Shown here: one piece after another, positions 17,039-26,931 of the stretch
How the letters are laid out: each line of letters opens with the position of its first letter
Numbering within the stretch: position 1 is the stretch's first letter
Source of the DNA: an uncultured Clostridia bacterium
GTDB taxonomy: Bacteria; Bacillota; Clostridia; Christensenellales; UBA3700
Assembly (NCBI GenBank): GCA_947175555.1
Contig: CAMWNK010000004.1
Coordinates: forward strand, 1 to 49,754
Reading direction: 5' to 3'
DNA: 49,754 nucleotides
Program-made: the position numbers and the translations under genes
Notes under the pieces: generated by a model
What the model saw: the letters and a program-made list of their open reading frames with translations, nothing else
Told to the model about the DNA's origin: nothing
Databases searched by the model: none

Positions 17039-17659
17039 ATGGCAGACAGGATATCGCCCGCAATCATTAAACGACTGCCCAGATACTATCGGGTTATATC
17101 TCATCTCGACAGCGAGGGCACGGCTAAAGTGTCATCGAGCGCGATTGCTCAGATGATGGATATCACCGCGTCGCAAGTGAGACAGGACTTCTGCAATTTC
17201 GGCGGTTTCGGACAGCAAGGTTACGGTTACGACGTTTCTAAATTAAAATCGGAATTAGAGAGCATACTCGGGCTCGACAGGCGTCATAATATGATTATTA
17301 TCGGCGCGGGCAATATCGGCAGGGCAATATCGGGATATAAGGGCTTCGGCGACGGCTTTTGCGTGAGCGCAGTGTTTGACGTCAAGACGGACGGTCTTGT
17401 TTTACCTGACGGCATAGGGGTATACTCTATGGACAAGCTCGACCAATATTGTAAGGGCAATAAGGTAGATATAGCCGTTATCGCCACTCCCGGACAGGCG
17501 GCGCAGAGCGTTGCCGATGCCGTTGTAGCGGCGGGAGTTAAAAATATTTGGAATTTTGCGCCTACGGAGCTATCTGTTGCGGACGGCGTCGTGGTGGAGA
17601 ACATATCTATGAGTGAAAGCCTTTACGTTCTTTGCTACTATATGAATAATAAGGCTTAG
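17039..17659 (+). CDS. rex: Redox-sensing transcriptional repressor Rex
   Basis: N-terminal winged helix (IKRLPRYYRVISHL, SSSAIAQMMDITASQVRQDF) and Rossmann GAGNIGRA. Confidence 0.92.
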   Translation: MADRISPAIIKRLPRYYRVISHLDSEGTAKVSSSAIAQMMDITASQVRQDFCNFGGFGQQGYGYDVSKLKSELESILGLDRRHNMIIIGAGNIGRAISGYKGFGDGFCVSAVFDVKTDGLVLPDGIGVYSMDKLDQYCKGNKVDIAVIATPGQAAQSVADAVVAAGVKNIWNFAPTELSVADGVVVENISMSESLYVLCYYMNNKA

Positions 17660-17669
17660 GAGGATTATT

Positions 17670-18140
17670 GTGGAAAAATTCTTTATGACACAAGAGGGGT
17701 TCGACGAACTGCAAAAGAAACTTAATTATCTCAAGACTGTACGCAGACTGGAGGCTTCCGAGAGGATAAAGCAGGCTCGCGAGTACGGCGACTTGTCCGA
17801 GAACGCCGAGTATGACGCGGCAAAAGACGAGCAGGCTATGATAGAAGCAGATATCCGCAAGATAGAGGCTCAGCTTGAGAATGCGGAGATTATTGCAGGC
17901 AGCGGCGGCTCAAAGAACGTAGTCGTATTGGGCAGTAAAGTTACTTTGCTCGACGTAGATATGGACGAAGAGGAAGAGTGGCTTATAGTCGGCACCACAG
18001 AGGCGTCCTTCAAAGACGGCAAACTCAGTAACGAGTCCCCTTTGGCTCAGGCGATACTCGGCAAGCGCAAGGGCGATGTGGTTACCGTGCGTACGCCGCA
18101 GGCAACGTACGACGTAAAGATTGTCAAGATAGAAAAATAA
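17670..18140 (+). CDS. greA: Transcription elongation factor GreA
   Basis: LTQEGFDELQKKL...EYGDLSENAEYDAAKDEQ, with a C-terminal FKBP-like domain. The start is GTG 17670 (AGGAGG 5 nt upstream) or ATG 17685. Confidence 0.9.
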   Translation: MEKFFMTQEGFDELQKKLNYLKTVRRLEASERIKQAREYGDLSENAEYDAAKDEQAMIEADIRKIEAQLENAEIIAGSGGSKNVVVLGSKVTLLDVDMDEEEEWLIVGTTEASFKDGKLSNESPLAQAILGKRKGDVVTVRTPQATYDVKIVKIEK

Positions 18141-18164
18141 AAATTGGTTACACGGTATTAGACA

Positions 18165-19646
18165 ATGGATAATTTAGAGCAGCAAGAGCTTAATGAAGCC
18201 ATACGCATACGTTCGGACAAGCTGAGAGCTTTGGTCGAAGAAGGGGCGGATCCTTTCGAGCAGGTACGCTACGATAAGGATTGCGACGCCGCGACGATTA
18301 AGTCGGGATATCCCGCCAACGACGGCGCGCAGGTCGTTATTGCAGGCAGACTGACCGCCAAGCGCGTTATGGGCAAGGCGAGCTTTGCAAGACTGACGGA
18401 CGGCAGCGGCAATATTCAACTATATGTGAGCAGAGACGACCTCGACGAGGCACAATACGCCGCTTTCAAGAAATGCGATATCGGCGATATCTACGGCGTC
18501 AAGGGCAAGATTTTCGCCACCAAGACGGGCGAGATAAGCGTACACGTGAGCGATATGACTTTGCTTGCCAAGTCGTTGATTCCTCTCCCCGAGAAGTTTC
18601 ACGGCTTGAAAGATACCGATACGAGGTATCGTCAGAGATATGTGGATTTGATAGCCAATCCCGAGGTCAAGGACGTATTTATCAAGCGTTCGTTGATAAT
18701 CAGGGCGATACGCAACTTCCTCGATTCAGAGGGATTCCTCGAGGTAGAGACGCCTATACTCAACACTATCCCCGGCGGCGCGTCGGCAAGGCCATTTATT
18801 ACTCATCACAATACCTTGGATATCGATATGTATATGCGTATCGCGCCCGAGCTCTTCTTGAAGAGATTGATAGTAGGCGGCTTTGAGAAAGTATATGAAG
18901 TAGGCAGACTTTTCCGCAACGAGGGCATGGACACTAAGCACAATCCCGAGTTTACTACAGTCGAGCTCTATCAGGCGTATGCCGACTATACGGATATGAT
19001 GGACATTACCGAGCGTATGTTCAAGCATATTGCCGATAATGTGCTCGGCAGCAGGAATTTATCGTACCAAGGCGTGGAAATCAATCTCGATACCGCATGG
19101 AAGCGCATCACTATGGCTGACGCGGTAAAGGAATATACAGGTATTGATTTTTCCGATTCGGATATAGACGCGCTGTGCGCCAAGGCTAAAGCGCAGGGAG
19201 TGGAGTTGCCCAAAGAGATTACTTGGGGCAGATTGCTATACAGCGTGTTCGACCAAAAAGTCGAGGAGAAGCTCATCGCTCCCACCTTTGTCCTCGATTA
19301 TCCTATAGAGGTATCTCCGCTAGCGAAGAAGAAGGCTTGCGATAAGAGGCTTACGGAAAGATTCGAGTTCTTTATCTTAGGCAGAGAGATGGGCAACGCA
19401 TTTTCCGAGCTTAACGATCCTATCGACCAGCGCGAAAGGTTTATGGCGCAGGTAAGGGACAGGCTTAACGGCGACGACGAGGCGCAGATGATGGACGAAG
19501 ATTACGTCAACGCGCTCATGTACGGATTGCCTCCTACCGGTGGACTGGGTATAGGTATAGACAGATTGGTAATGTTCTTTACCGATCAGTCAAACATAAG
19601 GGACGTATTGCTTTTCCCTACGATGAAACCGCTTAAGAAAGAATGA
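18165..19646 (+). CDS. lysS: Lysine--tRNA ligase (class II)
   Basis: 493 aa. Motifs: [33 protein letters not shown]. Confidence 0.95.
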   Translation: MDNLEQQELNEAIRIRSDKLRALVEEGADPFEQVRYDKDCDAATIKSGYPANDGAQVVIAGRLTAKRVMGKASFARLTDGSGNIQLYVSRDDLDEAQYAAFKKCDIGDIYGVKGKIFATKTGEISVHVSDMTLLAKSLIPLPEKFHGLKDTDTRYRQRYVDLIANPEVKDVFIKRSLIIRAIRNFLDSEGFLEVETPILNTIPGGASARPFITHHNTLDIDMYMRIAPELFLKRLIVGGFEKVYEVGRLFRNEGMDTKHNPEFTTVELYQAYADYTDMMDITERMFKHIADNVLGSRNLSYQGVEINLDTAWKRITMADAVKEYTGIDFSDSDIDALCAKAKAQGVELPKEITWGRLLYSVFDQKVEEKLIAPTFVLDYPIEVSPLAKKKACDKRLTERFEFFILGREMGNAFSELNDPIDQRERFMAQVRDRLNGDDEAQMMDEDYVNALMYGLPPTGGLGIGIDRLVMFFTDQSNIRDVLLFPTMKPLKKE

Positions 19647-20914
19647 CGCGCCGCATTAACGCGCCGCTTTATAATGCGGTGATTGCGGTCAGTCAAAAGG
19701 ACGCTGTACGCTTCCATATGCCGGGACACGGCGGTGTGGGAGAGGACGCGTCTTTTTTTGCAAGCGCGGCGTATGACCTTACAGAACTGGAAGGACTGGA
19801 CAACCTATTATCGCCGAACAGCGTAATTGCCGAGGCGGAAGCTCTTGCGGCTGCGGCATACGGCTCGGCAGACGCGCTTATGCTCACTCAAGGCGCGACT
19901 TGCGGTATACATATAGCCGTGCTTTGCGTCGGGAAACTGGGCAAAGCGGTATGTATAGGCGACATGCACAAGTCTTTTTGGCATGCGGCTATGCTGTATG
20001 ATCTTGAAACGGTAAGGTGTGATACCGACGGTTTGCGCGCTCGCCTTGAGGTTGGGGATATAGGCAGCGTGTTTATTACTTCTCCCGATTATTTCGGCAA
20101 TGTTGCGGATTTAAGATATATAAAAAAATTGTGCAAAGATTGCGGCGTAGCTCTTGTCGTAGACGCAGCGCACGGGGCGCATTTTGCCTTCTCCGAGATA
20201 TTGCCCGACAATCCCGCCGCATATGCCGACATTGCGGTATTTTCTCAGCATAAGACTATGTGCACATACGGCGGAGGCGCGCTCATGTGCGTAAGCGATG
20301 CGTTTTCCGCTATGGCGAGAGTAAACCGTCAATTAGTCCACAGCACTTCGCCGTCATATCTTATCGCCGCATCGATAGATTTCTCCCGCGCGCTGTGGAG
20401 CGAGAGAGGAGAAGAATTCTACTTAGACATAGCTAAAGACGTAAAGATATTTTCTGCGTCATTGCCCGCTCCCTACCGTCATGTGCCGTCCGACGACATA
20501 TCGCGCGTTATTATCGATTGCGGAGGGGACGCATATAGTGTCATGCGTGCCTTAGAGCATAAAGGGATATATTGCGAGGCTGCTATAGGAGAAAAACTTA
20601 TCTGTATAGTTACCCCCTACAATCGCAGCGTGCTTAAAGAGCTTGCTTTAGCTCTCGGCGACATACCGCCGCAACCTTTATGCAAAAGGGAGAGGTTGGA
20701 CCTTGTCAACGAGGGCGTAAGCGGACGGGTAAGGATAGTAAGTGTAGACGAGTGCGTTGGTAAAAGGGCTTGTATGCCGATAGGACTTTATCCCCCCGGC
20801 ACGCCCGAGATATTTGCGGGAGACGTGCTCGATGAGCGAGCCGTTAAATTCATCAAGGATAATATAGATAGAGTATTCGGGCTTGCAAGCGGCGGCGTCG
20901 TTGTGGTAGAATGA
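19643..20914 (+). CDS. PLP-dependent Orn/Lys/Arg decarboxylase-family protein (B. subtilis YaaO-like)
   Basis: FHMPGHGG, the PLP-lysine context SQHKT, and a position directly upstream of tmk as in Bacillus. ATGA overlap with lysS. Confidence 0.75.
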   Translation: MTRRINAPLYNAVIAVSQKDAVRFHMPGHGGVGEDASFFASAAYDLTELEGLDNLLSPNSVIAEAEALAAAAYGSADALMLTQGATCGIHIAVLCVGKLGKAVCIGDMHKSFWHAAMLYDLETVRCDTDGLRARLEVGDIGSVFITSPDYFGNVADLRYIKKLCKDCGVALVVDAAHGAHFAFSEILPDNPAAYADIAVFSQHKTMCTYGGGALMCVSDAFSAMARVNRQLVHSTSPSYLIAASIDFSRALWSERGEEFYLDIAKDVKIFSASLPAPYRHVPSDDISRVIIDCGGDAYSVMRALEHKGIYCEAAIGEKLICIVTPYNRSVLKELALALGDIPPQPLCKRERLDLVNEGVSGRVRIVSVDECVGKRACMPIGLYPPGTPEIFAGDVLDERAVKFIKDNIDRVFGLASGGVVVVE

Positions 20915-20918
20915 GGAT

Positions 20919-21545
20919 ATGAAAAAAGGCGCGTTTATAACTATAGAGGGCTGCGAAGGCGTAGGTAAAAGCACTCAGACGGCAATGCTGAAGAATTACT
21001 TTGAAAGTATCAACCGAGACGCCTTGTTTTTGCGCGAGCCGGGCGGGACCGATATTTCGGAAAAAATCAGGTCTGTTATTCTCGATACTTCCAATGTCGG
21101 CATGAGCGGTATATGCGAGGCGTTGCTATATTCTGCGGCGCGAGCTCAACTGATAGAGGAAGTAATAGCTCCCGCGCTTGCCGCCGGCAGAATAATAGTG
21201 TGCGACAGATTCACCGATTCCACGTTTGCATATCAAGGGTGCGCACGCAATCTCGGCGAGGACGTGATAACTCGGCTCAACGATATAGCCTGTTGCGGCA
21301 TTTCTCCCGATATCACGATATTTCTCGATTTAGAGCCGGAGGCGGCTTTTAAGCGCAAGGGCGGAGCGGATACTGGCGACAGACTGGAGTGCGCGGGCAT
21401 AGAATTTCATCGCAGAGTATACGAGGGGTATCTCAAGTGCGCCAAGGCTTATCCAAGCAGATTCAGGCGCGTAGACGCATCGTCCGACGCCGAGGTTATT
21501 CACCGCGAAATAATCGAGTTGCTTAAGGCGGCAGGGGTAGTGTGA
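20919..21545 (+). CDS. tmk: dTMP (thymidylate) kinase
   Basis: FITIEGCEGVGKSTQ P-loop, LREPGGT, DRF..S..AYQG. Confidence 0.93.
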   Translation: MKKGAFITIEGCEGVGKSTQTAMLKNYFESINRDALFLREPGGTDISEKIRSVILDTSNVGMSGICEALLYSAARAQLIEEVIAPALAAGRIIVCDRFTDSTFAYQGCARNLGEDVITRLNDIACCGISPDITIFLDLEPEAAFKRKGGADTGDRLECAGIEFHRRVYEGYLKCAKAYPSRFRRVDASSDAEVIHREIIELLKAAGVV

Positions 21546-22495
21546 TGGATTATCGCGCGCTTTTGCACGGCAGTAACGTACTTGATATCGTAAGGCGAGA
21601 TAAAGCGGCGGGGACTCTTTCACACGCGTACGCCGTCTTTGCAGACGACGCCGATTGTTGCCGCGAACTTACTTATCTGATTGCCGAGACGATAGTATGT
21701 CCTGACGGCGGATGCGGCGTATGCAACGTCTGTACTATGCTCAAGGACGGTCGCAACGGCGACGTAAAGATATATGACGAGGCTTTAGGCGCTGCAGCTG
21801 CTGAGAAGATAGTGGAAGACGCCCTTATGTATTCCGTATCGGGCGGCAATAAAATATATGTGATTAATAACGCCGAGACTATGAATGCCAGCGCGCAGAA
21901 TAAACTGCTCAAGACAATCGAAGAGCCCGAAGATAACGTAATATTCGTGCTTGGAATCACTAAGCCCGCGGCAGTAGCTCAGACGCTCAAGTCAAGGTGT
22001 AAGAAGCTGTATTTTCAAGGCGCGGACCTTAACTTACTGCTGTCGCAGCTGATTGAGGAATACGGCGATACGGACAGCGTGCACAGAGCGGTTGCTTTTT
22101 CCGACGGCAACGTAGGCAGGGCGCGCGCTATGGCGGGCGATGCCGCGTTTGCTTCGGATACGGACATGCTTATAGCTTTGCTCAGGGACATGCTCAAGAG
22201 CAGTCAGGTATGTCAGCAGGAGAAGAGCCTTAAGAAAGATAAGGATTCCATGCTCGGCTATATAGATATCTTGGAGATTATCCTCAGGCTTATATCGCAG
22301 TACAAGCGCGGCGATAGGATATGCGGGCAGGGCGGTATAGCCGAGCTTGCAGATAAGTTCACCGACGCTGCTCTCGCGGCTACGCAGTATCTGCTCAACG
22401 ATTGCCGCAGACGGCTGGAGAGTAATTGCTCGCCCGTATCTGTTGCTGACACATTATTATTCGGTATTTTGGAGGTAAAATATAAATGTCGCTGA
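21545..22495 (+). CDS. holB: DNA polymerase III delta-prime subunit
   Basis: LSHAYAV, C-x-x-C-x-x-C Zn module (CGVCNVC), TIEEP, SRC. Located after tmk. The ATG at 21545 shares one nt with the tmk stop codon. Confidence 0.85.
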   Translation: MDYRALLHGSNVLDIVRRDKAAGTLSHAYAVFADDADCCRELTYLIAETIVCPDGGCGVCNVCTMLKDGRNGDVKIYDEALGAAAAEKIVEDALMYSVSGGNKIYVINNAETMNASAQNKLLKTIEEPEDNVIFVLGITKPAAVAQTLKSRCKKLYFQGADLNLLLSQLIEEYGDTDSVHRAVAFSDGNVGRARAMAGDAAFASDTDMLIALLRDMLKSSQVCQQEKSLKKDKDSMLGYIDILEIILRLISQYKRGDRICGQGGIAELADKFTDAALAATQYLLNDCRRRLESNCSPVSVADTLLFGILEVKYKCR

Positions 22496-23367
22496 TAGCG
22501 GGTATAAAATTCAATAACGGCGGAAAGAGCTATTACTTTGATCCCAAAGAGCTCAGTCTGAGGGTTGGAGATAAAGTCATTGTGGAGACGGCTTCGGGCT
22601 TGGAGCTTGCAAGCGTAACCATAGCCAATACCGAAGTGGACGATAAAGAGATCAATGCTCCTCTCAAGCCTGTTGTGCGCATAGCTACAGAGGAAGACCT
22701 TGCGCGCGCTCAAGAGAATGCCAAGATGAGCGAAGATGCCTATAAGCTGACTGTGCAGAAAGTTGAAAAGCATAAGTTGGATATGAAACTCGTACGCGCC
22801 GAGTATTCCTTTGACAGAAGCAAGCTCACTATCTTTTTTACGGCGGACGGCAGAGTTGATTTCCGCGACTTGGTGCGCGATATAGCAAGCAGCCTGCATA
22901 CGAGGATTGAGCTGAGACAGATATATGAGAGAGACGATATTAAATTGCGCGGTTGTATGGCGCAGTGCGGCAGAGAGTGTTGCTGTATAACTCATCTCAA
23001 CGATTACGATAAGGTTACCGTGCGTATGGCTAAAAACCAAAATCTTTCGCTTAATCCCACTAAGGTCAGCGGCATGTGCGGCAAACTTATGTGCTGCCTT
23101 AGATATGAGAACGACTATTATGCCGAAACGTGCAAACTTATGCCGAAGGTTGGCAGTAAGGTAAAAACCAAGGACGGGTATGTTAAAGTAGACAGTGTCG
23201 ATTTGCTCAAGCGGCAGATTAGGGGCAGTCTGGAAAATCAGGACGGCGGCATCGAGATAAAGTATTACGAATTAGGCGAATTCGAGATGGCGCATAAGGA
23301 CGGCAATGCGCGTAAGTCCAAAGAGGACGACTCAGAGGAATTGCCTTCCGAGTTTAAGGATGATTAA
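22486..23367 (+). CDS. ricT: PSP1-domain protein (YaaT/RicT type)
   Basis: YYFDP..L.L.VGD.VIVET, the PSP1 core, and a C-terminal Cys cluster (CGRECCC..H, CGKLMCCLRYE). Located after holB, as in Bacillus. Confidence 0.88.
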   Translation: MSLIAGIKFNNGGKSYYFDPKELSLRVGDKVIVETASGLELASVTIANTEVDDKEINAPLKPVVRIATEEDLARAQENAKMSEDAYKLTVQKVEKHKLDMKLVRAEYSFDRSKLTIFFTADGRVDFRDLVRDIASSLHTRIELRQIYERDDIKLRGCMAQCGRECCCITHLNDYDKVTVRMAKNQNLSLNPTKVSGMCGKLMCCLRYENDYYAETCKLMPKVGSKVKTKDGYVKVDSVDLLKRQIRGSLENQDGGIEIKYYELGEFEMAHKDGNARKSKEDDSEELPSEFKDD

Positions 23368-23410
23368 GTCTTACAGCCCCTGTTCCGCTTGCGAGGATAT
23401 GGGAGGCTGT

Positions 23411-25648
23411 ATGAAAATAAAATCTCTTATTTGTATTTTAGCGGTTGCAATATGCCTGAGCGCGTGCGCGCTCGGCTTCGTATCGGGCGGTATTGACTTG
23501 GAGTCAAGCCGCCTTGATGTTTTAGCAGAGAGCGGCTTATCGACGCGCGCGAGCATATACATACGCAATTCATCTGATTGGAACCTACTGGCAAGCGATG
23601 TCGCCTCCGGCAACGATATGTCAGGCGTAAGCGTTGTTCTCGATGCCGATATAAGTATTAGCGCCGTCGTAGGTGATAGAGACAACCCCTTTAGAGGCAG
23701 TCTGGACGGCAGAGGTCATACCCTTATTGTAGATATTTCGGGCTCGGATTATTGCGCTCCTATAGGTTGTCTTAGCGAAGGCAGCGTTACTGCGGTAGGC
23801 GTAGAGGGCAAGATTGTCGGGAAGCAGGCGGTAGGAGGAGTAGTAGGGTACAACTACAAGGGCAATATCTATTCGTGCTCCTATCGTGGAGATATCGTCG
23901 CAGACAATTATGCAGGCGGCATTGTGGGAGTGAGCAACGGCGGAGTGGTCGACTCGTGCTATGCCTTTGCAGACATTACGGTTGCGGGGACCGATACTTT
24001 TGCGGGCGGCATAGCGGGCGTCAACGAGTATGACGGCATAGTCGCGCGCAGCTATTATGTCGGCAAGGTGTCATGCGTAGGCGGCGGAGGCGTTGCGGGA
24101 TATGCAGGCAGGGGCAATCTTACTTCCTGCTACTACAATAAGGATATGACCGACAGGGCGAGAGGCGCTGCGAGCGAGGCTGTAATATCCGACGTTTTCG
24201 GGCTTAGCGGCATGGCTATGTCGGGCGATAATATGCGCCTCGGCGACGCCTTTACATATCGCAGTACAGGCGGTAATTGGGGATGTTATCCCGCTCTTAA
24301 GAGCTTTGATATTACATCAAGCTCGGATTATAATCAATACGCAAACTGGTCGTCTCATCTTATCAACTGTAAACTACTTATAAAAATAGAAGGAGACGCG
24401 ATTACGATTTCCGCACTGGACGCGTCGGCGCCTCTTGGTATGGGGAGCAGACGCGGATATAACTTCCTCGGATGGTACACACAAAGCGAGGGAGGCGACA
24501 AGGTAGAATCCGTAAGCGGAGACGCCGACGCCGTGATATACGGAAGATACGAGATTGTTACCTATACCATTACTTACGAGCTTGCGGGCGGTATGTGGAG
24601 CAGCGGTTATAAAGCCGTAAGTACGTATACGGTGCTCGACGAGCTGGCGCTTCCTACAGCGGACGACGTATACATGTCGGATAGTAAATTCTCTGGATGG
24701 AGGACGGAGGGCGGAGAAGTCATAACGTCTATTGCAAAGGGCAGCGTAGGCGATATAGTGCTCACGGCTGATTTTTCGCTCAAGCCCATTGCGGCGATGT
24801 CGCGCTTTGTAACCGATTATATTTGGATTATTCTCGATATTGCGGGAGCTTTACTCATTGTAGCGGAGATAGCGGTACTGCTTAGAGTGAGGAAGAAGAA
24901 GTCGGAAAGCGGCAGCTACAGCATGAGCGCGGCTCTGCCTCTTTTTACTTCTGCGTTATTCTATCCTGCGGGACTTGTCATATTCATTGTCGAGATTGCG
25001 ATTATGATTATTCTGCCTATAGCAATGCTTGCGCGTCGCGGCAGACGAAGGAGCGAAGCGGAAGCTCTTGCCGCCTGCGATGAGTTATTTATAGAACTCA
25101 TGCCCCCTCGTCCGCTTTTGCTCGGCGACGGCGGCATAGCCGAAGCAGAAGATAAGGATTTGGGCGCGGAAATATCCGTTACTTACCGCAATTCCTTCAC
25201 TGCAAGGCTTATTATGAGCAGCGAGCAGACCAAGAAATACTATTGCGCCATCAAGGCAAGACTGCTTGCCTACAGACGCGTTCACGCTCGTGTGAGCTGG
25301 AGCTGCGAGACTTTCGGCTACGGAAGGAGCGCGATTGCAAAGATAGCCGTATCCGGCAACGTAATCAAGCTCTATCTCGCGCTTGACTTTGCAGGCGTGG
25401 AGAGCAAGTATTTTGCCACAGACAAGAGCGGCGTCAAGAAATACGAAAGCGTACCCACGTGCGTTAAAGTAAAGAGCGACCGCGCTCTCAAACGCGCGCT
25501 TACGCTTATCGGCAGGGCGGCGGACAATCACAATCTGGTGATGCGTGATGACGGCGAGGCAAAAGTCGTATTCGACAACGTCGCTATTAGCAGAGACGAG
25601 ATGATTGATTTAGGCTTTGTCAAGAGCAAAGTTAATTTTAGGAGATGA
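23411..25648 (+). CDS. Surface lipoprotein with GLUG repeats, two Listeria-Bacteroides (InlB B-type) repeats, a TM block and an uncharacterised cytoplasmic C-terminal domain
   Basis: The ATG at 23411 follows GGGAGG. Signal peptide MKIKSLICILAVAICLSAC (lipobox L-S-A-C). GGVVGYN/AGGIVGV/AGGIAGV/GGGVAGY repeats. GYNFLGWYT and FSGWRTEGGE repeats. Hydrophobic segments at about aa 500-590 of the ORF-track protein, followed by about 190 aa of unrecognised sequence. Confidence 0.8.
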   Translation: MKIKSLICILAVAICLSACALGFVSGGIDLESSRLDVLAESGLSTRASIYIRNSSDWNLLASDVASGNDMSGVSVVLDADISISAVVGDRDNPFRGSLDGRGHTLIVDISGSDYCAPIGCLSEGSVTAVGVEGKIVGKQAVGGVVGYNYKGNIYSCSYRGDIVADNYAGGIVGVSNGGVVDSCYAFADITVAGTDTFAGGIAGVNEYDGIVARSYYVGKVSCVGGGGVAGYAGRGNLTSCYYNKDMTDRARGAASEAVISDVFGLSGMAMSGDNMRLGDAFTYRSTGGNWGCYPALKSFDITSSSDYNQYANWSSHLINCKLLIKIEGDAITISALDASAPLGMGSRRGYNFLGWYTQSEGGDKVESVSGDADAVIYGRYEIVTYTITYELAGGMWSSGYKAVSTYTVLDELALPTADDVYMSDSKFSGWRTEGGEVITSIAKGSVGDIVLTADFSLKPIAAMSRFVTDYIWIILDIAGALLIVAEIAVLLRVRKKKSESGSYSMSAALPLFTSALFYPAGLVIFIVEIAIMIILPIAMLARRGRRRSEAEALAACDELFIELMPPRPLLLGDGGIAEAEDKDLGAEISVTYRNSFTARLIMSSEQTKKYYCAIKARLLAYRRVHARVSWSCETFGYGRSAIAKIAVSGNVIKLYLALDFAGVESKYFATDKSGVKKYESVPTCVKVKSDRALKRALTLIGRAADNHNLVMRDDGEAKVVFDNVAISRDEMIDLGFVKSKVNFRR

Positions 25649-25664
25649 AAATCTCTCTAATCCG

Positions 25665-25693
25665 TTTACAAGCCGCCTTGCCCGTGATATAAT
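25665..25693 (+). promoter_or_regulatory. Promoter of the ferredoxin gene
   Basis: TTTACA-17 nt-TATAAT with an extended -10 TG. Confidence 0.55.
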
Positions 25694-25725
25694 AGTGTAA
25701 ACTCAATGTTATGGAGGTAAGGACA

Positions 25726-25896
25726 ATGGCATATTGTATCGGTGAAGATTGCATCTCTTGCGGCGCGTGCGAAAGCACTTGCCCTGTAGGCGCAATCAGC
25801 ATGGGAGACGACAAGTACGTTATCGACGCTGATAAGTGCATCGATTGCGGCAGCTGCGCGGCGGGTTGCCCCGTCAGCACGATTGCTCAGGAGTAA
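25726..25896 (+). CDS. fdx: 2x[4Fe-4S] clostridial-type ferredoxin (56 aa)
   Basis: CISCGACESTCP and CIDCGSCAAGCP. GGAGG lies upstream of the ATG at 25726. Confidence 0.92.
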   Translation: MAYCIGEDCISCGACESTCPVGAISMGDDKYVIDADKCIDCGSCAAGCPVSTIAQE

Positions 25897-25917
25897 TCGT
25901 CAGTTATGGCTGAGTCG

Positions 25918-25945
25918 GAGCGGCATATATTGCCGCTCTTTTTTT
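25918..25945 (+). terminator. Rho-independent terminator after the ferredoxin gene
   Basis: gagcggca-tatat-tgccgctc followed by TTTTTTT. Confidence 0.8.
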
Positions 25946-26011
25946 GCGCCTGTTATAGTTGATATAACGCGCGCGTTATGTTAAAATATAAAAAACGTAT
26001 TTACGGGTATT

Positions 26012-26923
26012 ATGAAAGATTTATTGGCTATTCGGGGGCTCACGTCCGAAATAATCGAGAGCATACTGGACAGGGCGGCTTATTATAAGACTTCTTTGGA
26101 CAGCGGCAACAAGTGTTTCGATAAACTTAAAGGTAAACTGGTTATCACGCTTTTTTATGAGAATTCCACGCGCACCCGCACATCTTTCGAGAGCGCGGCT
26201 AAGTATCTCGGCGCAGAGGTAGTCAATATCTCAGTGGCGTCGTCGAGCGTGCAAAAGGGCGAGACGTTAAAGGATACGGCAATAACGCTCGACGCTATGA
26301 AAGCCGACGCCATAATCGTTAGGCACTCGTTGGCGGGTACGGCGGACGCTATTGCCGGCTGGGTTGACGCGCACGTAATCAACGGCGGAGACGGTCTGCA
26401 CGCTCATCCCACGCAAGCGCTCTTGGACGCCTTCACTATCAAGGAAAAGTTCGGATATACCAAGGGGCTTAAGGCAGCTATCATCGGCGACATCAAGCAT
26501 AGCCGCGTGGCTCGCAGCAATATCTACCTTATGCGTACTTTGGGTATAGACGTCAATATTTACGGACCTGCTACGCTTATGCCTCAAGGCATAGATAAAC
26601 TTCCTTGCAGAGTGTGTGGCAGTATGGAAGAAGCAGTTAAAGATTGCAACGTGGTAATGACGCTGCGCATACAGGCAGAGCGCATGAAGGGCGGTCTTCT
26701 GCCTGCTCTCGGTGAGTATTCCAAGGTATTCGGCATCGATAGCAAGCTGTTGCAAGGCGCGGCAGACGACGTCATGGTCATGCACCCCGGTCCCGTCAAC
26801 AGAGGAGTAGAGCTGTCTTATGACGTGCTTGATACCGATATATGCTATAAAGATAAGCAGGTTACAAGCGGACTTGCGGTAAGAATGGCTCTGCTTGATA
26901 TGCTTATAGGCGGGGAGCTGTGA
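26012..26923 (+). CDS. pyrB: Aspartate carbamoyltransferase catalytic subunit
   Basis: Motifs: ENSTRTRTSFE, HPTQALLD, HPGPVNRG. Confidence 0.95.
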   Translation: MKDLLAIRGLTSEIIESILDRAAYYKTSLDSGNKCFDKLKGKLVITLFYENSTRTRTSFESAAKYLGAEVVNISVASSSVQKGETLKDTAITLDAMKADAIIVRHSLAGTADAIAGWVDAHVINGGDGLHAHPTQALLDAFTIKEKFGYTKGLKAAIIGDIKHSRVARSNIYLMRTLGIDVNIYGPATLMPQGIDKLPCRVCGSMEEAVKDCNVVMTLRIQAERMKGGLLPALGEYSKVFGIDSKLLQGAADDVMVMHPGPVNRGVELSYDVLDTDICYKDKQVTSGLAVRMALLDMLIGGEL

Positions 26924-26931
26924 GGTGAAGT

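Noticed and set aside
22258-23040. 260-aa minus-strand ORF
   Set aside because: It is antisense across the holB/ricT junction, and both sense genes have clear motifs and conserved synteny.
23306-23410. 35-codon N-terminal extension of the GLUG lipoprotein overlapping the ricT 3' end
   Set aside because: The internal ATG at 23411 has a GGGAGG RBS and yields a canonical lipoprotein signal peptide. The extension is not needed.
25946-26011. PyrR-type attenuator or leader upstream of pyrB
   Set aside because: The spacer after the ferredoxin terminator is only about 65 nt. I see no anti-terminator/terminator pair and no pyrR gene, so there is no support for this.
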